DNA of 63,956 nt, the filler included, from Chiloscyllium plagiosum (taxonomy: Eukaryota): assembly GCF_004010195.1 (NCBI RefSeq). It is 5 parts of one record of this genome, joined end to end, with 100 filler letters (N's around TTAATTAATTAA, not from the genome) between each part and the next. Parts side by side here need not be neighbours in the genome. Positions count along the whole stretch, not along the records: positions 11,945 to 28,931 come from NC_057716.1; 4 more parts are not named here. One strand, written 5' to 3'. Below, one piece after another: positions 12,901 to 26,125 of the stretch. The notes beneath the pieces are model-generated. The model worked only from the letters and a program-made list of their open reading frames with translations, made no database searches and was not told the origin of the DNA. The position numbers were made by a program, and so were the translations under genes. How positions within the stretch are numbered: position 1 is the stretch's first letter; every line of letters starts with the position of its first letter.

Positions 12901-13249
12901 TGCATACTGAAGGGTGCCAACGTTTGGTTTGACTGGAGGCATCTGATCATTTCAATGTTCAGCTATCTCTGAACTTCAGCTTGGTCCCAATTCCATCAAT
13001 ATGACAATACAAAGTGCCACATTTAGGATGGTTCATCCACCATTTTTCACATTGACATAGTGTCTCTTGTTTTGGCAAAATATCAGATCAAGGAGATTAT
13101 AAAAGTATTTTTTAAAGAACTTATGACTTATTTTCTCCAACGTGATATACTAATGTCAATTTTCTAAAATACTCTTTGAGCAACTCAAATAATTTGAATT
13201 ATTAATTGAGGAAGTTAAGAGTAATATCAAATTGAAACAACATAAAATA

Positions 13250-14655
13250 TTGCCAACAAGATTGCCAAACCAGAAGATTGGTCAAGTCTTAAAAGATAAC
13301 AAAAGATGACCAAAAAAATAATATAGGGGGAAAATAAACACGAGTAAACTAGCAAATAATATAAAAATAGACATTAAATGTATAAAAAGAAAAGACAAGC
13401 TGAAGTGAACAGAGGTCCCTTACAAAATGAGGCTGGAATAAATAACAGGGACCAAGGAAATAGCAGAGTAGATTAATAAATACTTTATTCAGTCTTCATG
13501 GTAAATGACATAAATAGCATTCTAAAATAAAAAGTAGCCAAGCAGCTAAAAGAAGAGGAAGTCATTAAATACAATAACTAGCACTGGAGAAAAAGTAGTA
13601 GGGAAACTAATGGGGCTAAAGGCTGATAGGTCCCTGAAACTAATGGATTGCATCAAGGATTTTAAAGGAAGTAGCTGCAGAGAAAGTGAATGAACTGGTA
13701 CTGGTCTTCCAAAAATCCTTAGGTTCTGCAGAAGTCCCACAGGATTGGAAAACTGCCAATAACGCACTTACTCAAAAAGGGACAGAGACAATAAACAGAT
13801 AACTTTAGGCCAGTAAGTCGAACATCTGTCATTAGGAAATATGAAGACTGTCATACCAGAGCATTTAGAAAAATATATGATCCAGCAGAATCAGCAAGGC
13901 TTCACAAAGGAGAAATTATGCCTGTCAAATTTATTAGAATTTTTTGAGGAGGCACTAAGCAGGATAGATAAAGGGAAACCAGTAGGTGCAATGTATGTTA
14001 ATTCCCAAAAGGTGTTCAATAAGGTACTACACATTAGGCTACTTAATAAGTGAAAATTCCATGGTTCCTGAGGATAGCATATTCACAAGGATAGAGGATT
14101 GGCTGACTTATAGAAGACTTTTGGAGAAAGGGGGTACTTCAACTATGGCAAACTGAAGCTATTGGATTGCCACAGGGATCAAATCTGGGCTGCAATTATT
14201 TACAATAAATATGAACTACTCAGATGAGGTAAGTGAATGTACTATCACCAAGTTTGCAGACAACACAAAAATAAATATAGTGAGGGGTGACACAAACATA
14301 GATTTGGACAGGTTGACTGAGTGGACAAAAACTTGAGAGATGAAATATAATGTGGGAAAATGTAAATTCATGCACTTTGGCAGAAAGAAGTGATGAGCGG
14401 AATGCTGCAGGGTATTTGGGGGTCCTTGTGCATGAAACACAACAGGCTAGCAGCAGGAAACAAGCAAGGCTAGCAGCAGGTAATCAGGAAGGCTAATGGA
14501 CTGATCACCTTTATTTCAAAGGGAATAGAATATCAAAGTAGGGAAGTCTTGCTAAAAAGATACAAGACATTAGTCAGATCACAGCTGGAATATTGTGAAC
14601 AGTTTTGGGTCCCCCAATCTAAGAAAACATATATTAATATTTGAAGGGGCTGCCA
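13250..14655 (+). mobile_element. Old CR1 LINE RT region (resumes at ~16755-17192)
   Basis: ORF 13841 QNQQGFTKEKLCLSNLLEFFE; aagtttgcagacaacacaaaa (KFAD.TK); heavily decayed. Confidence 0.8.
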
Positions 14656-14659
14656 GGAG

Positions 14660-16726
14660 GGTAAATTCAGGCGTTTTCTATAGACTCCCCCAATAGCAGC
14701 AGAGAGATGGAAGAAAAGATTGGACTGCAAATCTTGTAAAGGTGCAGATGTAACAGAGTTGTTGTTATGGGTGACTTCAACTTCCCCAATATTGATTGGA
14801 ACCTCTTTAATGCAGATGGTCGTGATGGAGCCGATTTTGTCAGGTGTGCCCATGAAGGATTCCTGACTCAATATGTAGATAGGCCGACTGGGGGAGAGGC
14901 CTTATTGGATTTGATGCTAGGCAACGAGGCCAGCCAGGTGTCAGAACTCTTGGTGGGAGAGCTGGGAGGGGGCACAAAGAAGCGTTAGCAGGAAGGATTA
15001 GGGAAACCCCAAAGGTGTTCTACACTTGTGTGAGGAACAAGAGAATGATCAGAAAGAGGGTAGGGCCAATTGGGGTAGTGGAGGGAACTTGTGCCTGGAG
15101 TCTGAAGAGGTAGGGGAGGCCCTAAATGAGTTTTTGCTTCAGTATTCACTAGAGAGAGGGACCTTGTTGATAGTGAGAATATTGTGGACCAGGTTAATAG
15201 GCTGGAACAGATTGCTTTTAAGAAAGTGGATGTGCTAGAAGCATCAAGATAGATAAGTGCCCAGGGCTGAACAAGATATATCTAAGGTTACTACAGGAAG
15301 CAAGGAATGAGATTGCTGCGGCTCTGTCAATGATATTTACATCCTCACTCTCCATGGGAGTAGTACTAGATGATTGGAGGGAGGCAAATGTTGTTCCTCT
15401 GTTCAAGAAAGGGAATAGGGAAATGCCTGTGAATTACAAACTAGTTAGTCTTACATCAGTGGTAAGCAAGGTACTGGAAAGGATTCTGAGAGATCGGATA
15501 TATAACTACTTGGAAAAACATAGTTTGATTAAAGATAGTCAGCATGGCTTTGTGAGCAGCAGATCATGCCTCACAAGCCTTGCTGAGTTCTTTGAGGATG
15601 TGATGAGACAAGTTGATGAAGGTAGAGTAGTGGATGTGGTGCGTATGGATTTCAGTAAGGCATTTGATAAAGTTCCCCATGGTAGGTTCATTCAGAAAGT
15701 TAGGAGGAATGGGATACAGGGAAATTTGGCTTTTTTCATACAGAATTGGCTGGCCGAAAGAAGACAAGTAGTAATAGTGGATGGAAAGTATTTCGCTTGG
15801 AGATCGGTGACCAGTGGTGTCCCGTAGGGATCTGTTCTTAGGCCACTGCTCTTTGTAGTTTTTTCTCGATAGTGTCGAGAGCTGTTGCAGCCGCAAAAAG
15901 ACAATAACAAGATGTAGAGCTGGGCTGAGAAGTGGCAGATGGAGTTCAATTTGGATAAATACAAAGTGATTCACTTTGGAAGGTCGCACTTGAATGCTGA
16001 ATACAGCATTAAAGAAAGGATTCTTGACAGTGTGGAGGAACAGTGGGATATTGGGGTCCACCTACATAGATCCCTCAAAGTTGCCACTCAAGTTGATAGG
16101 GTTGTTAAAAAGGCGTTTGGTGTTTTGGCTTTCATTAACAGTGGGATTGAGTTTAAGAGCTATGAGGTTTGCTGCAGCTCTATGAAACCCTGGTTAGACC
16201 ACACTTGGAATATTGTGTCCATTTCTGGTCACCTCATTATAGGAAGGATGTAGGTGCTCAGAGAGGGTGCAGAAGAGATTTACCAAGATGCTGCCTGGAT
16301 TGGAGGGCATGACCTATGAAGAGAGGTTGAGTGAGCTTGGGCTTTTCACACTGGAAAGAAGAAAGAAAAGAGATGACTTGATAGAGGTGTACAAGGTAAT
16401 GAGAGGCATAGAAAGAGTAGATAGCCAGGGCAGAAATGGCTGTCATGAGGGGTCATAATTTTAAGGTGATTGGAGGAAGGTACGGGGAGATGTCAAAGGT
16501 AGGCTCTTTATGCAAAGAATGGTGGATGCGTGGAATGCACTGCCAGTGATGGTAGTAGAATCAGTGACATTAGGGACATTTAAGCGACTACTAGACAAGC
16601 ACATGGATGGCAGTAGATTGACGGGTGTGTAGGTTAGGTTGATCTTAGATTAAGATAAATGCTCGGCACATCATCATGGGCCGAAGGGCCTGTACTGTGC
16701 TGTACTGTTCTCTGTTCTATGTTCTA
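14660..16726 (+). mobile_element. Younger CR1 nested in the old CR1 (same family as 5179-7870)
   Basis: MGDFNFPNIDW, MDFSKAFDKVPH, tail ttctctgttctatgttcta; internal deletions. Confidence 0.92.
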
Positions 16727-18719
16727 AGTTCACTCAGCTGATCCCATGTTTTTCTTACAAGGAGAGATTGAGTGAGTTGGGCCTGTATGCTTTGGAAATT
16801 AGAAGAATGAGAGAGGAAACCTTATTGAATCAAATGAGATTTTGAGGTGGCTTAGTAGGCTGGATATTCAAAAATGGTTTTCCCTTGTGAGACAGTCTAA
16901 GACAAGATGACATAATCTGAGAATAAGGGGTTACCCAATTTGGACAGAAATGAGGAGGAGCTTATCTCAGAGGAATAGTGAACCTGTGAAATTCTTCACC
17001 ACAGAGTGCTATCAAGAGTGAGTCAAAGTATATTCAAGGCTAAGACAAACATATTTCTGATTAGTAAGGGAAATAGGGATTATTGGGATAAAGCAGGAAA
17101 GCGGAGTTGAGAATTATCAGATCAACATGTTCTCATTGAATGAACAGACTTGATGAACCAAATGCCTACTTCTGCTGCTATGTCTTATGGACTTACCTTT
17201 AACTAGCTTAAACAACAAATTTATAACTTAGAATATTCAATAATTCTAACTGATTTATGAATTGTGTAATGTTGGATATTTGATCAATCAAAAAATAAAA
17301 GTTATTTCAAAACAGTTAAATTATTCTAACAAGAAAATAAAGAACAACCAATTTAATGCAGTTTTTTCCTGAACCATCACTACTCATTGATTATCCCACT
17401 AGCATCAGCACCTCACACTCATTTGGTTCTTGTGGTTTCTTCATTATTTACCCTATGAATTCCCACATGGTGCAACTTCCTGCACTCACTCACTTTCATG
17501 AATTAAAACAATATTTCAGACAAAAGATATTCCTACCAATGTCACTTCCATTTTGCAATGAATTCTGTAAATGCTAATTATAATCACCCTTGAAAACTAG
17601 AAAATGAATACTGACATTGAACAAGAAATAGATTCCTTGCAATGTGCAGATTTTAGTCGCTTTGACAAGCATGGCGCTTTGCAACGATGGGTGATCATTA
17701 AAATAGGTAGTTGATCATCTTGGAGCTATGAGAAATTGTGCCCAAGTTCTCATCTACAAGAAAAGTATTACTGGCCGCAAAGTCAGAGATGAATGAAAAG
17801 GCAAACTCTAAAGCACGTGATGTAATAATTAATTTATATTCATCTATGGCCCGTGCCATAAACAAGTTAAAATGAAGTTCTGCAGCTGAACATTTACTAA
17901 CCAAAATGCTGTTGATTTAACTGAAAAGGAGGTCTTCATTAAGTGAAATGAAATGCTTTTTGAAGTAATGCTTGAAGATTGTTTGAAGCAATTGAGGATA
18001 GATTATAATGCAGAACATCATGAAATTAAGAGGATCATTAAGGAAGTTAAACAAAATTAGTTAGACACCTTCATTAAAAAGGGCTTGTAATTAAACAGAA
18101 AATAGCTCTGTGAAGGCTAAAGTTCGTTATCAATTGTTGTTGTATGTGTTCCTCTGGGTCAGTATTCATTATTAGGATGTCCAGCAATGAAGACATCTGG
18201 AGATAGCAAATTGTGGTTAAGGGCAACTTACAATGATAAGAACATAATAACAGAGGAAATAAGAGAGGAGTAGACCATTGTGTCCCTCAAGACAACTCCA
18301 TCATTCAACAAGACCATGGTTATCTACCCCAGACCTCAACTCCTCTTTCAAGCCAACTATTCATAGCCTTCAACATTTTAATGCAGCAAAGTTTTTATTA
18401 ACTGGCACCTATGGGACCAGCAGTGTGCCAGTTGATCAAATATTGCGATTGAGCAAGAGGTTCACATAATCAGAATAAAAACACTAAGTAATAGAAATGT
18501 AATGGAGGGACTATATACATCATTGCTATACTTTATTTACAGCATAAATCACTTAAATAATAATGAAACTTTGCCTTAAATAAAACTTACTGGCAGAGAG
18601 CCTTCTCATTCGCATCCTTAACGGACTACTTGGGCTAATCCAGGCAGTAAACTTTCAGTATTTCAGGACTTTTTTGGTCAGTTTATCAAGGTTCATAAGG
18701 TGGTGGTTAAACATAACTT

Positions 18720-20462
18720 GATGTATTTCAAAAAGCTATCACCTCCTCTTTAAATACTGTCAGTCATCAAACCTTCCCAACTCTTTGGAGCAAAGATTTC
18801 TAGACATTCACTACCCTCTGAAAGAAGAAGTTCCTTTGCATTACAGTTTCAAATGAGTGCCCCCAAGTTCTGAAACTAAGTCCGCAGGCTTGAGATTCCA
18901 CCATTCGTGGAAATGCCCTCCCAATATTGATCCGTTCAAGTCTTTCATAATCTTGTAAGATCACTGTGCATTCTTCTAAATTCAAATGAGAAAAGGTCTT
19001 TTTAGCCGAAACAGGTTTTGGTATTTCTTGTAAAAGGAATAGAGTATAAAAGCAGAGAAGTGTTGGGCAACTGTGCAAGGCATTAGTGAGACCACCTGGA
19101 GTATTGTTTACAATTTCAGTTCCTTTACTTGCAGGGGGGATGTAATTTTATTAGAGGTAGGTCAAAGAAGGTTCACTAGAATTGATTCCAGAGATAATGG
19201 ATTTGTCTTATAAAAAAAGATTGAACAGTTTAGGCCTATACTCTCTGAATTTTAGAAGAGTGAGAGGTGATCTAATTGAGGTCGATAAGATACTAAAGGT
19301 AATTGACAAAGTAGAAGTAGAAAGGATGTTTCATCATTTGGGGCACTCTAGAATGCTTAGTTTAATGTTTTTTATTGTCACATATATCTAGGGAGATACA
19401 GTGAAAAATGTTCTGTTGCCACAATCTGGTGCCAGTTTGAGGTAGAAAGGAATAAGAAGAAAGTACTTAAATAGAGTTCATCTTCATCAGCCAGGATCCC
19501 AACATGGCTCTCCAGAATTTATACAAGGTTTCTGCAAGGACTTTGTTCCAGGCCTACCACAACCAGAAGTCCCCATTCAGCCATTGCTGCAGCCAACACC
19601 TTGCCGCTAATTCCAGGAGTCCATCCATTGGGCCTACACAGCCAGGAGTCCCTGCTCTGGTGACTGTCACACTGCTCCAGCTTCTCTGCGATGTCAGGAA
19701 GATGAAGAAGGAAAAGAAAGGACAATAGATAAAAAGGTAGAGAAAAAAAATAAATGCAGCCAGACTGGTGCCAATGGGCCTATTGTGCTGGTACTGTCAT
19801 CTTGAATAGCTGGGCTCATACTTCTAGGATGAAGGTTAGCAGATTTAAAACAGAGATAAGGAGAAATTACTTATTTCAAAGGATTGGAAATCTATGGAAT
19901 TTACTACCCCAGAGTGCGTTGTATGTGCGGACATTAAACAAATTTAAGGACAGATTTTTAATTAGTAACAGGTTGAACAGTTTGGAGAGCAGGACAGATG
20001 ATGGCGTAGTGGTATTATCAGTAGACTATTAATCTAGAGACCTAGGTAATGTCCTGGGGTCCTGAGTTTGAATTCTGCCATGACAGATGGTGGAATTTGA
20101 ATTCAAAAATACTTTGGAAATAAGAGTCTAATGATGGCCATGAAACTATTGCCATTTGTCAGGAAAAACCCATCTTGTTCACTAATGTTCTTTAGAGAAG
20201 GAGGTCTATTGCGCTTCCCTGGTCTGGTGAACATGTGACTCCAGTCTCACAGCAATGTGTTTGACTCTTAATTGCCCTCTGAGCAATTAGGGATGGGCAA
20301 TAAGTGCTGGCCTAGCTAGTGACATCCACATCTCATGAAAAAAAAGGCATGAAAGTGGAGCCAAGGCTAAGATGAAATCAGTCATGATCATATTGAATGG
20401 CGGAGCAGGCTCATGCGGCTGAATTTCCTACTTTTGCATCTAGCTTTTATGTTCTTATGTTT
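18720..20462. mobile_element. Old CR1 fragments (18720-18990 minus; 19000-19352 and 19805-20462 plus)
   Basis: ORF 19182 RLNSLGLYSLNFRRVRGDLIEV; ORF 19754 RFKTEIRRNYLFQRIGNLWN; tail ttatgttcttatg. Confidence 0.75.
19998..20345 (+). mobile_element. tRNA-derived SINE inserted in a CR1 3' UTR
   Basis: Head tggcgtagtgg ... gagtttgaattc (A/B boxes); tail agggatgggcaataagtgctggcc...catgaaaaaaaa. Confidence 0.75.
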
Positions 20463-20469
20463 TTGATAA

Positions 20470-22960
20470 GTCAGCACTATCATCCCAAGAATCTACCTCC
20501 AATGCCAACCTTTCTCACATACGAAAACCAAAACTGTACACAATACTCTAGGTGTGGCCTTACTAACACACTGTACAGTTATTACAAGACTTCCAACTCC
20601 AACCCATAATAGTAAAGGCCAAAATTCCATTTGCTTCTTAATTACTTGCTGAACCTACATGCTAACTTTTTACCTACACTAGAACATCCAGATCTTTCTG
20701 AGCAATAATTTTTAGGAGTGTCCCCCCATTTAAATAAAAGTTTCTCTTTGATTCTTCCTACCAAAGGGCATGACCTCACACATTCTGACCATAAATGCCA
20801 TTTACCAAGTTTTTGCCGAGTCACTCAACATATTTATATCCTCTTGCCGATCCCTTATGTCCTCATCATAACATGCCCTTTGACCACTTTTGTATCATCA
20901 GTAAGTTAAGATACATTATACTTTGTGCCTTCGTACAAGTCATTATATAGACAGTAAATAATTGAGACCCTAGAACTGACCCTTGTGGCACTCCACTAGT
21001 TACATTGTTTCAACTTAAAATACCGACTCTATCTTTTGTATTAACCAATCCTCAATTCATTCTACTCATTACCCTTAATACCATGAATTGTTATCTTGCG
21101 CAATAACCTTTTCTGTGGCATCTTATTGAATATCTTCTGGGAATCCAAACACATACACTTACCAATTCCTATTGATCAACTCTGTTTATTATATCATCAA
21201 AAACTCTGATAAAATTGTCAAACATAAATTTATTTACACAAAACATGCTGATTCTGTTTTATTGTGCTAAGCTTTTCCAGAGGTTCTGCTACTTCTTCCT
21301 TAATAATGGACCCTAGTATTTTCCTAATGACTGATGTTAGGCTAACCGGTACATAGTTTCCTCTTTTCTGTCTCGCTTTTTTCTTGAACAGAGATGCCAC
21401 ATCAACGAGAACCCTCTGGAAAATTTTGACGGATATCTCCATTAGTTCTGCAACCACTTCACTTAAAATCCTTGGATTCATATCATTAGTCCCATTAGTT
21501 TGTCAAATAATTTGTACCTTGGGATATCTAGAGAGTTCATGGAGACTAATGCAAACTATTAGTTTAAATTATACACCACTTCTCAGTTCCCCATTATTAA
21601 TTCTCCAGTCATATCCTCCAAGAATTCCACACTCACTTTATTTACTCTCCTTCTTTCTATATGCCCGTAGAAGCTCTTGCTGTTTGTTTTTTATATTTCA
21701 TTCTAATATACTTTCAAAGTAAATAATCTCCCTCTTTATTATCTTTTTAGTCACCTACTCCTGGTTTCTAACATAATTCCCAATCTTTTGGCCTATTATT
21801 AAGTGTGTCTTACTTTTTGATTGGATACTCTTTGACCACATTTGTTAAGCATGGGCGGTTCATTCTTCTTGTCAGGTCCTTCTTTTTGACAGGAAAAACT
21901 TTTGCTGATTGTCATGAAATATCTGTTTAAATGTCTGCCACCTGACCCTTCTCTTAGTCTATTTTCCCAGTATGCTTTTAGACAACTCTTTCTTCATACC
22001 TTTGTAATTGCTCGTATTTCAGTTGAGGACATTTGTCTGAGACCTGAGTTGCTCTCCATCAAACTTAATTTCAAATTCTGGGTGGAGAATGTGGTGCTGG
22101 AAAAGCAAAGCAGGTCTGGCAGTATCTGAGGAGCAGGAGAATTAACACTTCGGGCATAAGCCCTTCATCAGGAATGGTTTCCTGCTGGAGGGCTCATGCC
22201 CGAAATGTTGATTCTCCTGCTCTTTGGATGCTGGCTGACCTGCTGTGCTTTTCCAGCACCACACTCTTGACTCTGATCTCCAGCATCTGCAGACCTTACT
22301 TTCTCCAACTGAATTTTAAATTCTACCACATTGTGATCATTGCCCCGGGATGATCCTTAATTGAGAGGTCTCTTATTAAGCCTCATTTATTGAGCATTTC
22401 TAGATCTAAAATCATCTGTTTCCAGCTGAGTTCTACAAAGTGCTACTCCAAAAAACAACACCTGATGCACTCTACAAATTCATTTTCCATTATAACCTTG
22501 CCCCTCTGATTATCTAGTCAATATGCAGATTAAAATCACCCATGACAATTGCAGTGCTTTATTACATGCCTCCATTATTTGCCAAGTTATACTTTCTCCT
22601 AAATGGAACAACTTTTCAGGGCCCTATAGATGACTCCAACTCGTCATGTCAATGCCTCACCATTACTTATTTACACCCAAACTAATTCCAGATCATGATC
22701 TATTGCTCTTAAGTCACAACTTACCACAGGACTAATGCCTTATTTTATGAACAAAGCTACCCAGTCTCCTTTTCCTTATGTTTCCAGAATATCGAATACC
22801 TTAAATACTGAGATTGCAGTATGGGTTACAGTGTAACCACACAATCCCAACAGCTGTCATTTTATATTCATCAATTTCTATATGTGGCATCAACACACCT
22901 ATCTTGTTATAAATGCTGCAAGCATTCAGATAAAGTGCCTTAAGCTTTGACTTCTTAGCA
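20470..22960 (-). mobile_element. Old CR1 LINE (EN/RT remnants)
   Basis: ORF 21230..21481 GNYVPVSLTSVIRKILGSIIKEE; gtcatgggtgattttaatct (VMGDFN) near 22530. Confidence 0.8.
22080..22306. mobile_element. Fold-back PLE mini-element (family A), two opposed decayed HHRs, ~18-bp TSD
   Basis: TSD aacttaatttcaaattct (22062-22079) and aactgaattttaaattct (22307-22324); inverted arms. Confidence 0.85.
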
Positions 22961-23013
22961 TTATTACTTATTTTGGTGCTAATTTCTGTTGCACTCTTCT
23001 GCTTATTTTTAAA

Positions 23014-23342
23014 ATAGAATCCCTACAGTGTGGAAGTAGGGCATTCAGCCTATTGAGTCCACACCGGCCCTCTGAAGAGCATCCCACCCAGACCCATCTT
23101 ATCCTTGTAACCCTGCATTTTCCATGGCTAATCCACCTAGCCTGCACATCCCTGGACACTATGGGCAATTTAACACGGCCAATCCACCTAACCTTCACAT
23201 CTTTGGACTGTGGGAAGAAAGTGGAGCAACCAGAGGAAAGCCATGCAGGCACTGGGAGACTGTGCAAACTCCACTAAAACAGTCCCCCGTGGCTAGAATC
23301 GAACCTTGGTCCCTGGCACTGTAGGGGAGCAGTGCTAATCGC
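23014..23342 (-). mobile_element. HE1-type V-SINE (older copy)
   Basis: V-domain gtggagtttgcac...ctccactttcttcccacagtccaaagatgtg..ggttaggtggattggcc; tail ttccacactgtagggattcta. Confidence 0.85.
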
Positions 23343-23534
23343 TTGTCTGCCTCGCCTGTCACAATTTAATTATAGTTCACCTCTTCACTGTCCTGCATCT
23401 CTGCTTTCTCTCTTTTTGAGTTTTTCAAACTTCTCTTCAGTTGAACTCTCTCCACCACTCATTAGTTCAAAGTCCTATCTGCAACCCTAGTTATACAATC
23501 TGCCAGGGCATTGGTTCCAGTATGATCAAATGAA

Positions 23535-23712
23535 ATAAACACTGAAAGTTCTTGAGAAACTCAGCAGGTCTGGCAGTATTTGTGGAGAGAATGCAGAGTT
23601 AATGTTTCGGGTCTAGTGATTCTTCTTCAGAACTCTGCTTTCTCTCCACACATCTTGCCAGACCTGCTAAGTTTCTCCAGAAATTTCTGCTTTTGTTTCA
23701 GATTTCCAACAT
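23535..23712. mobile_element. Fold-back PLE pLTR mini-element (family D-like) with an HHR remnant
   Basis: Inverted arms gagaaactcagcaggtctggcag / tgccagacctgctaagtttctc; minus strand CUGAAGA...cccGAAAcauu. Confidence 0.7.
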
Positions 23713-23716
23713 GTCT

Positions 23717-24270
23717 CATAGAGCATAGAACAATACAGTGCAGAACAGGCCCTCGGCCCTTGATGTTGCACCGACCTGTGAACTATTCTCAGCTCGTCCC
23801 CCTACACTACCCCAAAATCATCTATGTGCTTATCTAAGGATTGTTTAAATCTCCCTAATGTGGCTGACTTGACTACATTAGCAGGAAGGGCATTCCACAC
23901 CCTTACCATTCTCTGCATAAAGAACTTGCCTCTGACATCTGTCTTAAATCTATCACCCCTCAATTTGTAGTTATTCCCCCGCGTACACGCTGACGTCATC
24001 ATCCTATGAAAAAGACTTTCACTGTATACCTCTGATCATCTTGTATGTCTCTATCAAATTCCCTCTTCGCCTTTCTTCTTGTCAATGAGAACAGGTCCAA
24101 GTCTCTCAGCCTTTCCTCATAAGACCTTCCCTCCAGACCAGACAATATCCTGGTAAATCTCCTCTGCACCTTTTCCAATGCTTCCATATCCTTCACGAAA
24201 TATGGGGATCAGAATTGTACACAATATTCCAAGTTTGGCTGCACCAGCGTTTTGTATAGTTGCAGCATGC
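23717..24270 (-). mobile_element. CR1 3' fragment
   Basis: ALEKVQRRFTRILSGL; KLRGDRFKTDVRGKFF. Confidence 0.88.
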
Positions 24271-24407
24271 ATTCCCCAGTACTGGTGCCAGTGCTCCATG
24301 AATCAGAATTCATTTCTCCCACATAAATCTGTGAGCCATGCATTTATCTCTCTAACTTTATTTACCTGATGCTAGCTTGCATGTGGCTCAGGTAGTTTGG
24401 AGATTAT

Positions 24408-24560
24408 GAATTAGAGTGGTGCTGGAAAAGCACAGCAGGTCAGGCAGCATCCGAGGAGCAGGAAAATCTACGTTTCGGGCAAAAACCCTTCATCAGGCCC
24501 ATTCCTGCACCACTCTAATCTAGACTCTGCTTTCCAGCATCTGCAGTCCTCACTTTTGCC
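24408..24560. mobile_element. PLE mini-element (family A), partial fold-back, perfect 15-bp TSD
   Basis: TSD tagtttggagattat at 24393-24407 and 24561-24575. Confidence 0.9.
24466..24498 (-). ncRNA. Minimal hammerhead ribozyme (family A), intact core
   Basis: CUGAUGA-a-gggu uuuu gccc-GAAA-CGUA; GUA triplet. Confidence 0.75.
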
Positions 24561-25240
24561 TAGTTTGGAGATTATTACCATTGTGGTTCTGCCTTTTAAT
24601 TTAGCCCTGAGTTGCTTGTAACTCCTCAGCAGAACCGTTTTCATTGCCATTCCTATGACGTTGGTACCTACGTGGACCACAATAACTTGATCCTTCATCT
24701 CCCACTTCTGTTTCCACTCCAGCTCAGAAGAGACATCTTTAGCTTTGCCACCAGGTTGGCAATACTACTTTTGGGACCATCTATCTTTCCTGCAGAGAAC
24801 TGTATCTATTCCTCGATCTATGCTATCCCCTATTTTAACTTTATTTCTTATTTCCCTCCTGTACAATCTCTACCCCAACAACAACCTCTAACCCCTACCA
24901 CACACACACACACAATACTCTGCTGTGATCAGTTCACCCATCCTCCCTGCAGTCTGTGGCTTCATCCACAGCAGAAGCAATGACTCATAGCTATTTGAAA
25001 ATAACAGTGGCCAAGGCAGCTCCAAAGCTAAATTCTGGATCCCCAGAATGCCCTTCCCAAGTATCCAGCACAGCTTAAGGTGCCTAAGAACCATTTCCTT
25101 GAGAAGAAATGCAGTCTGTTTTGTGCTAGGTAGCTAAACGTCACACAGCATTGTCACTGTTTATCTGAATTCCCAAAAGTGATGAAGGAAGTGATTGTTG
25201 AAGGTGACTGATGGGGTACAAATCAAATAGGATGCTTTTT

Positions 25241-26125
25241 CATAGAATCATAGAGTACCTGTAATTGAGTTCAGCACAAAAATAGGCCCTTAGACCATCA
25301 TGTCTATGCTGTTATCAAACACTTTGTATTTTATTTAGATTTTCGAGTTCTTGTCTGTATACTTGCATGCTTTGATGAGTCAAATATTCATCTAAACATT
25401 TCTTAACTATTATAAGATGGTTCCTGCCTCGACCACCCATTCAGGCAATGAGTTTCAGAAACTCACTATTCTCTCGGTGAAATAGAATTCTTACTTAAAT
25501 CTCTTCTAAGCCTCCTGTCCCTTATCCTAAATCTATGGTGCCTGCTGATCATCTTTCTACTAAAGGGTAATGTTAGTTCCTATCTTCCCGATCCATGCTT
25601 TTCATAGTTTGGTAAGTCTCCCCTCTCAGGTTCCCCCTCAGTCTTCTCTGCTGCAAGGAAAATAACGCCAACCTATCTAATCTTGCTTCATAGCTGAAAC
25701 AACCCAGCCCAGGCAGGCGAATCTCCTTTGCATCCTTTCTTGTGTTTGTTGTAGTGCACTAACCAGAACTCCGCACAGTACTCTAGTTATGTCCTAACTA
25801 AGATTTTCTACTGTTCCATCACCAGTTCCCTGTTCTTGTATTCAATTGTTCACCTCATAAAAGCAAGTAACCTTCTCAGCTACCATATCCACTCGTTCTG
25901 TTGCCTTCATGGAACTGCAGACACCAAGTACCCTCTGATCCTCTGTTCTTTTTAGGGCCCAACTATTTATCATGTACTCCAGTGCCTTGTTAGACCTCCA
26001 AAACTGCATCACCTCACACATTTCAGGATTATATTCCATTTGTCAGTGTTCAGTCGATCTGACCAGGCACCTACATCATCCAGCAGTCTAAGTCTTTTCT
26101 CCTCCCAATTTACCACCAATTTTCA
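25241..26125 (-). mobile_element. Old CR1 3' half
   Basis: catagaatcatag tail; ORF 25842 MEYNPEMCEVMQF. Confidence 0.75.

Larger units (their letters stand above)
24290..24900 (-). pseudogene. CR1 ORF1 remnant (SGNH esterase-like)
   Basis: VIVVHVGTNVIG...LRAKLKGRTTMVIISKL matches the GxN block of the CR1 ORF1 esterase. Confidence 0.7.
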
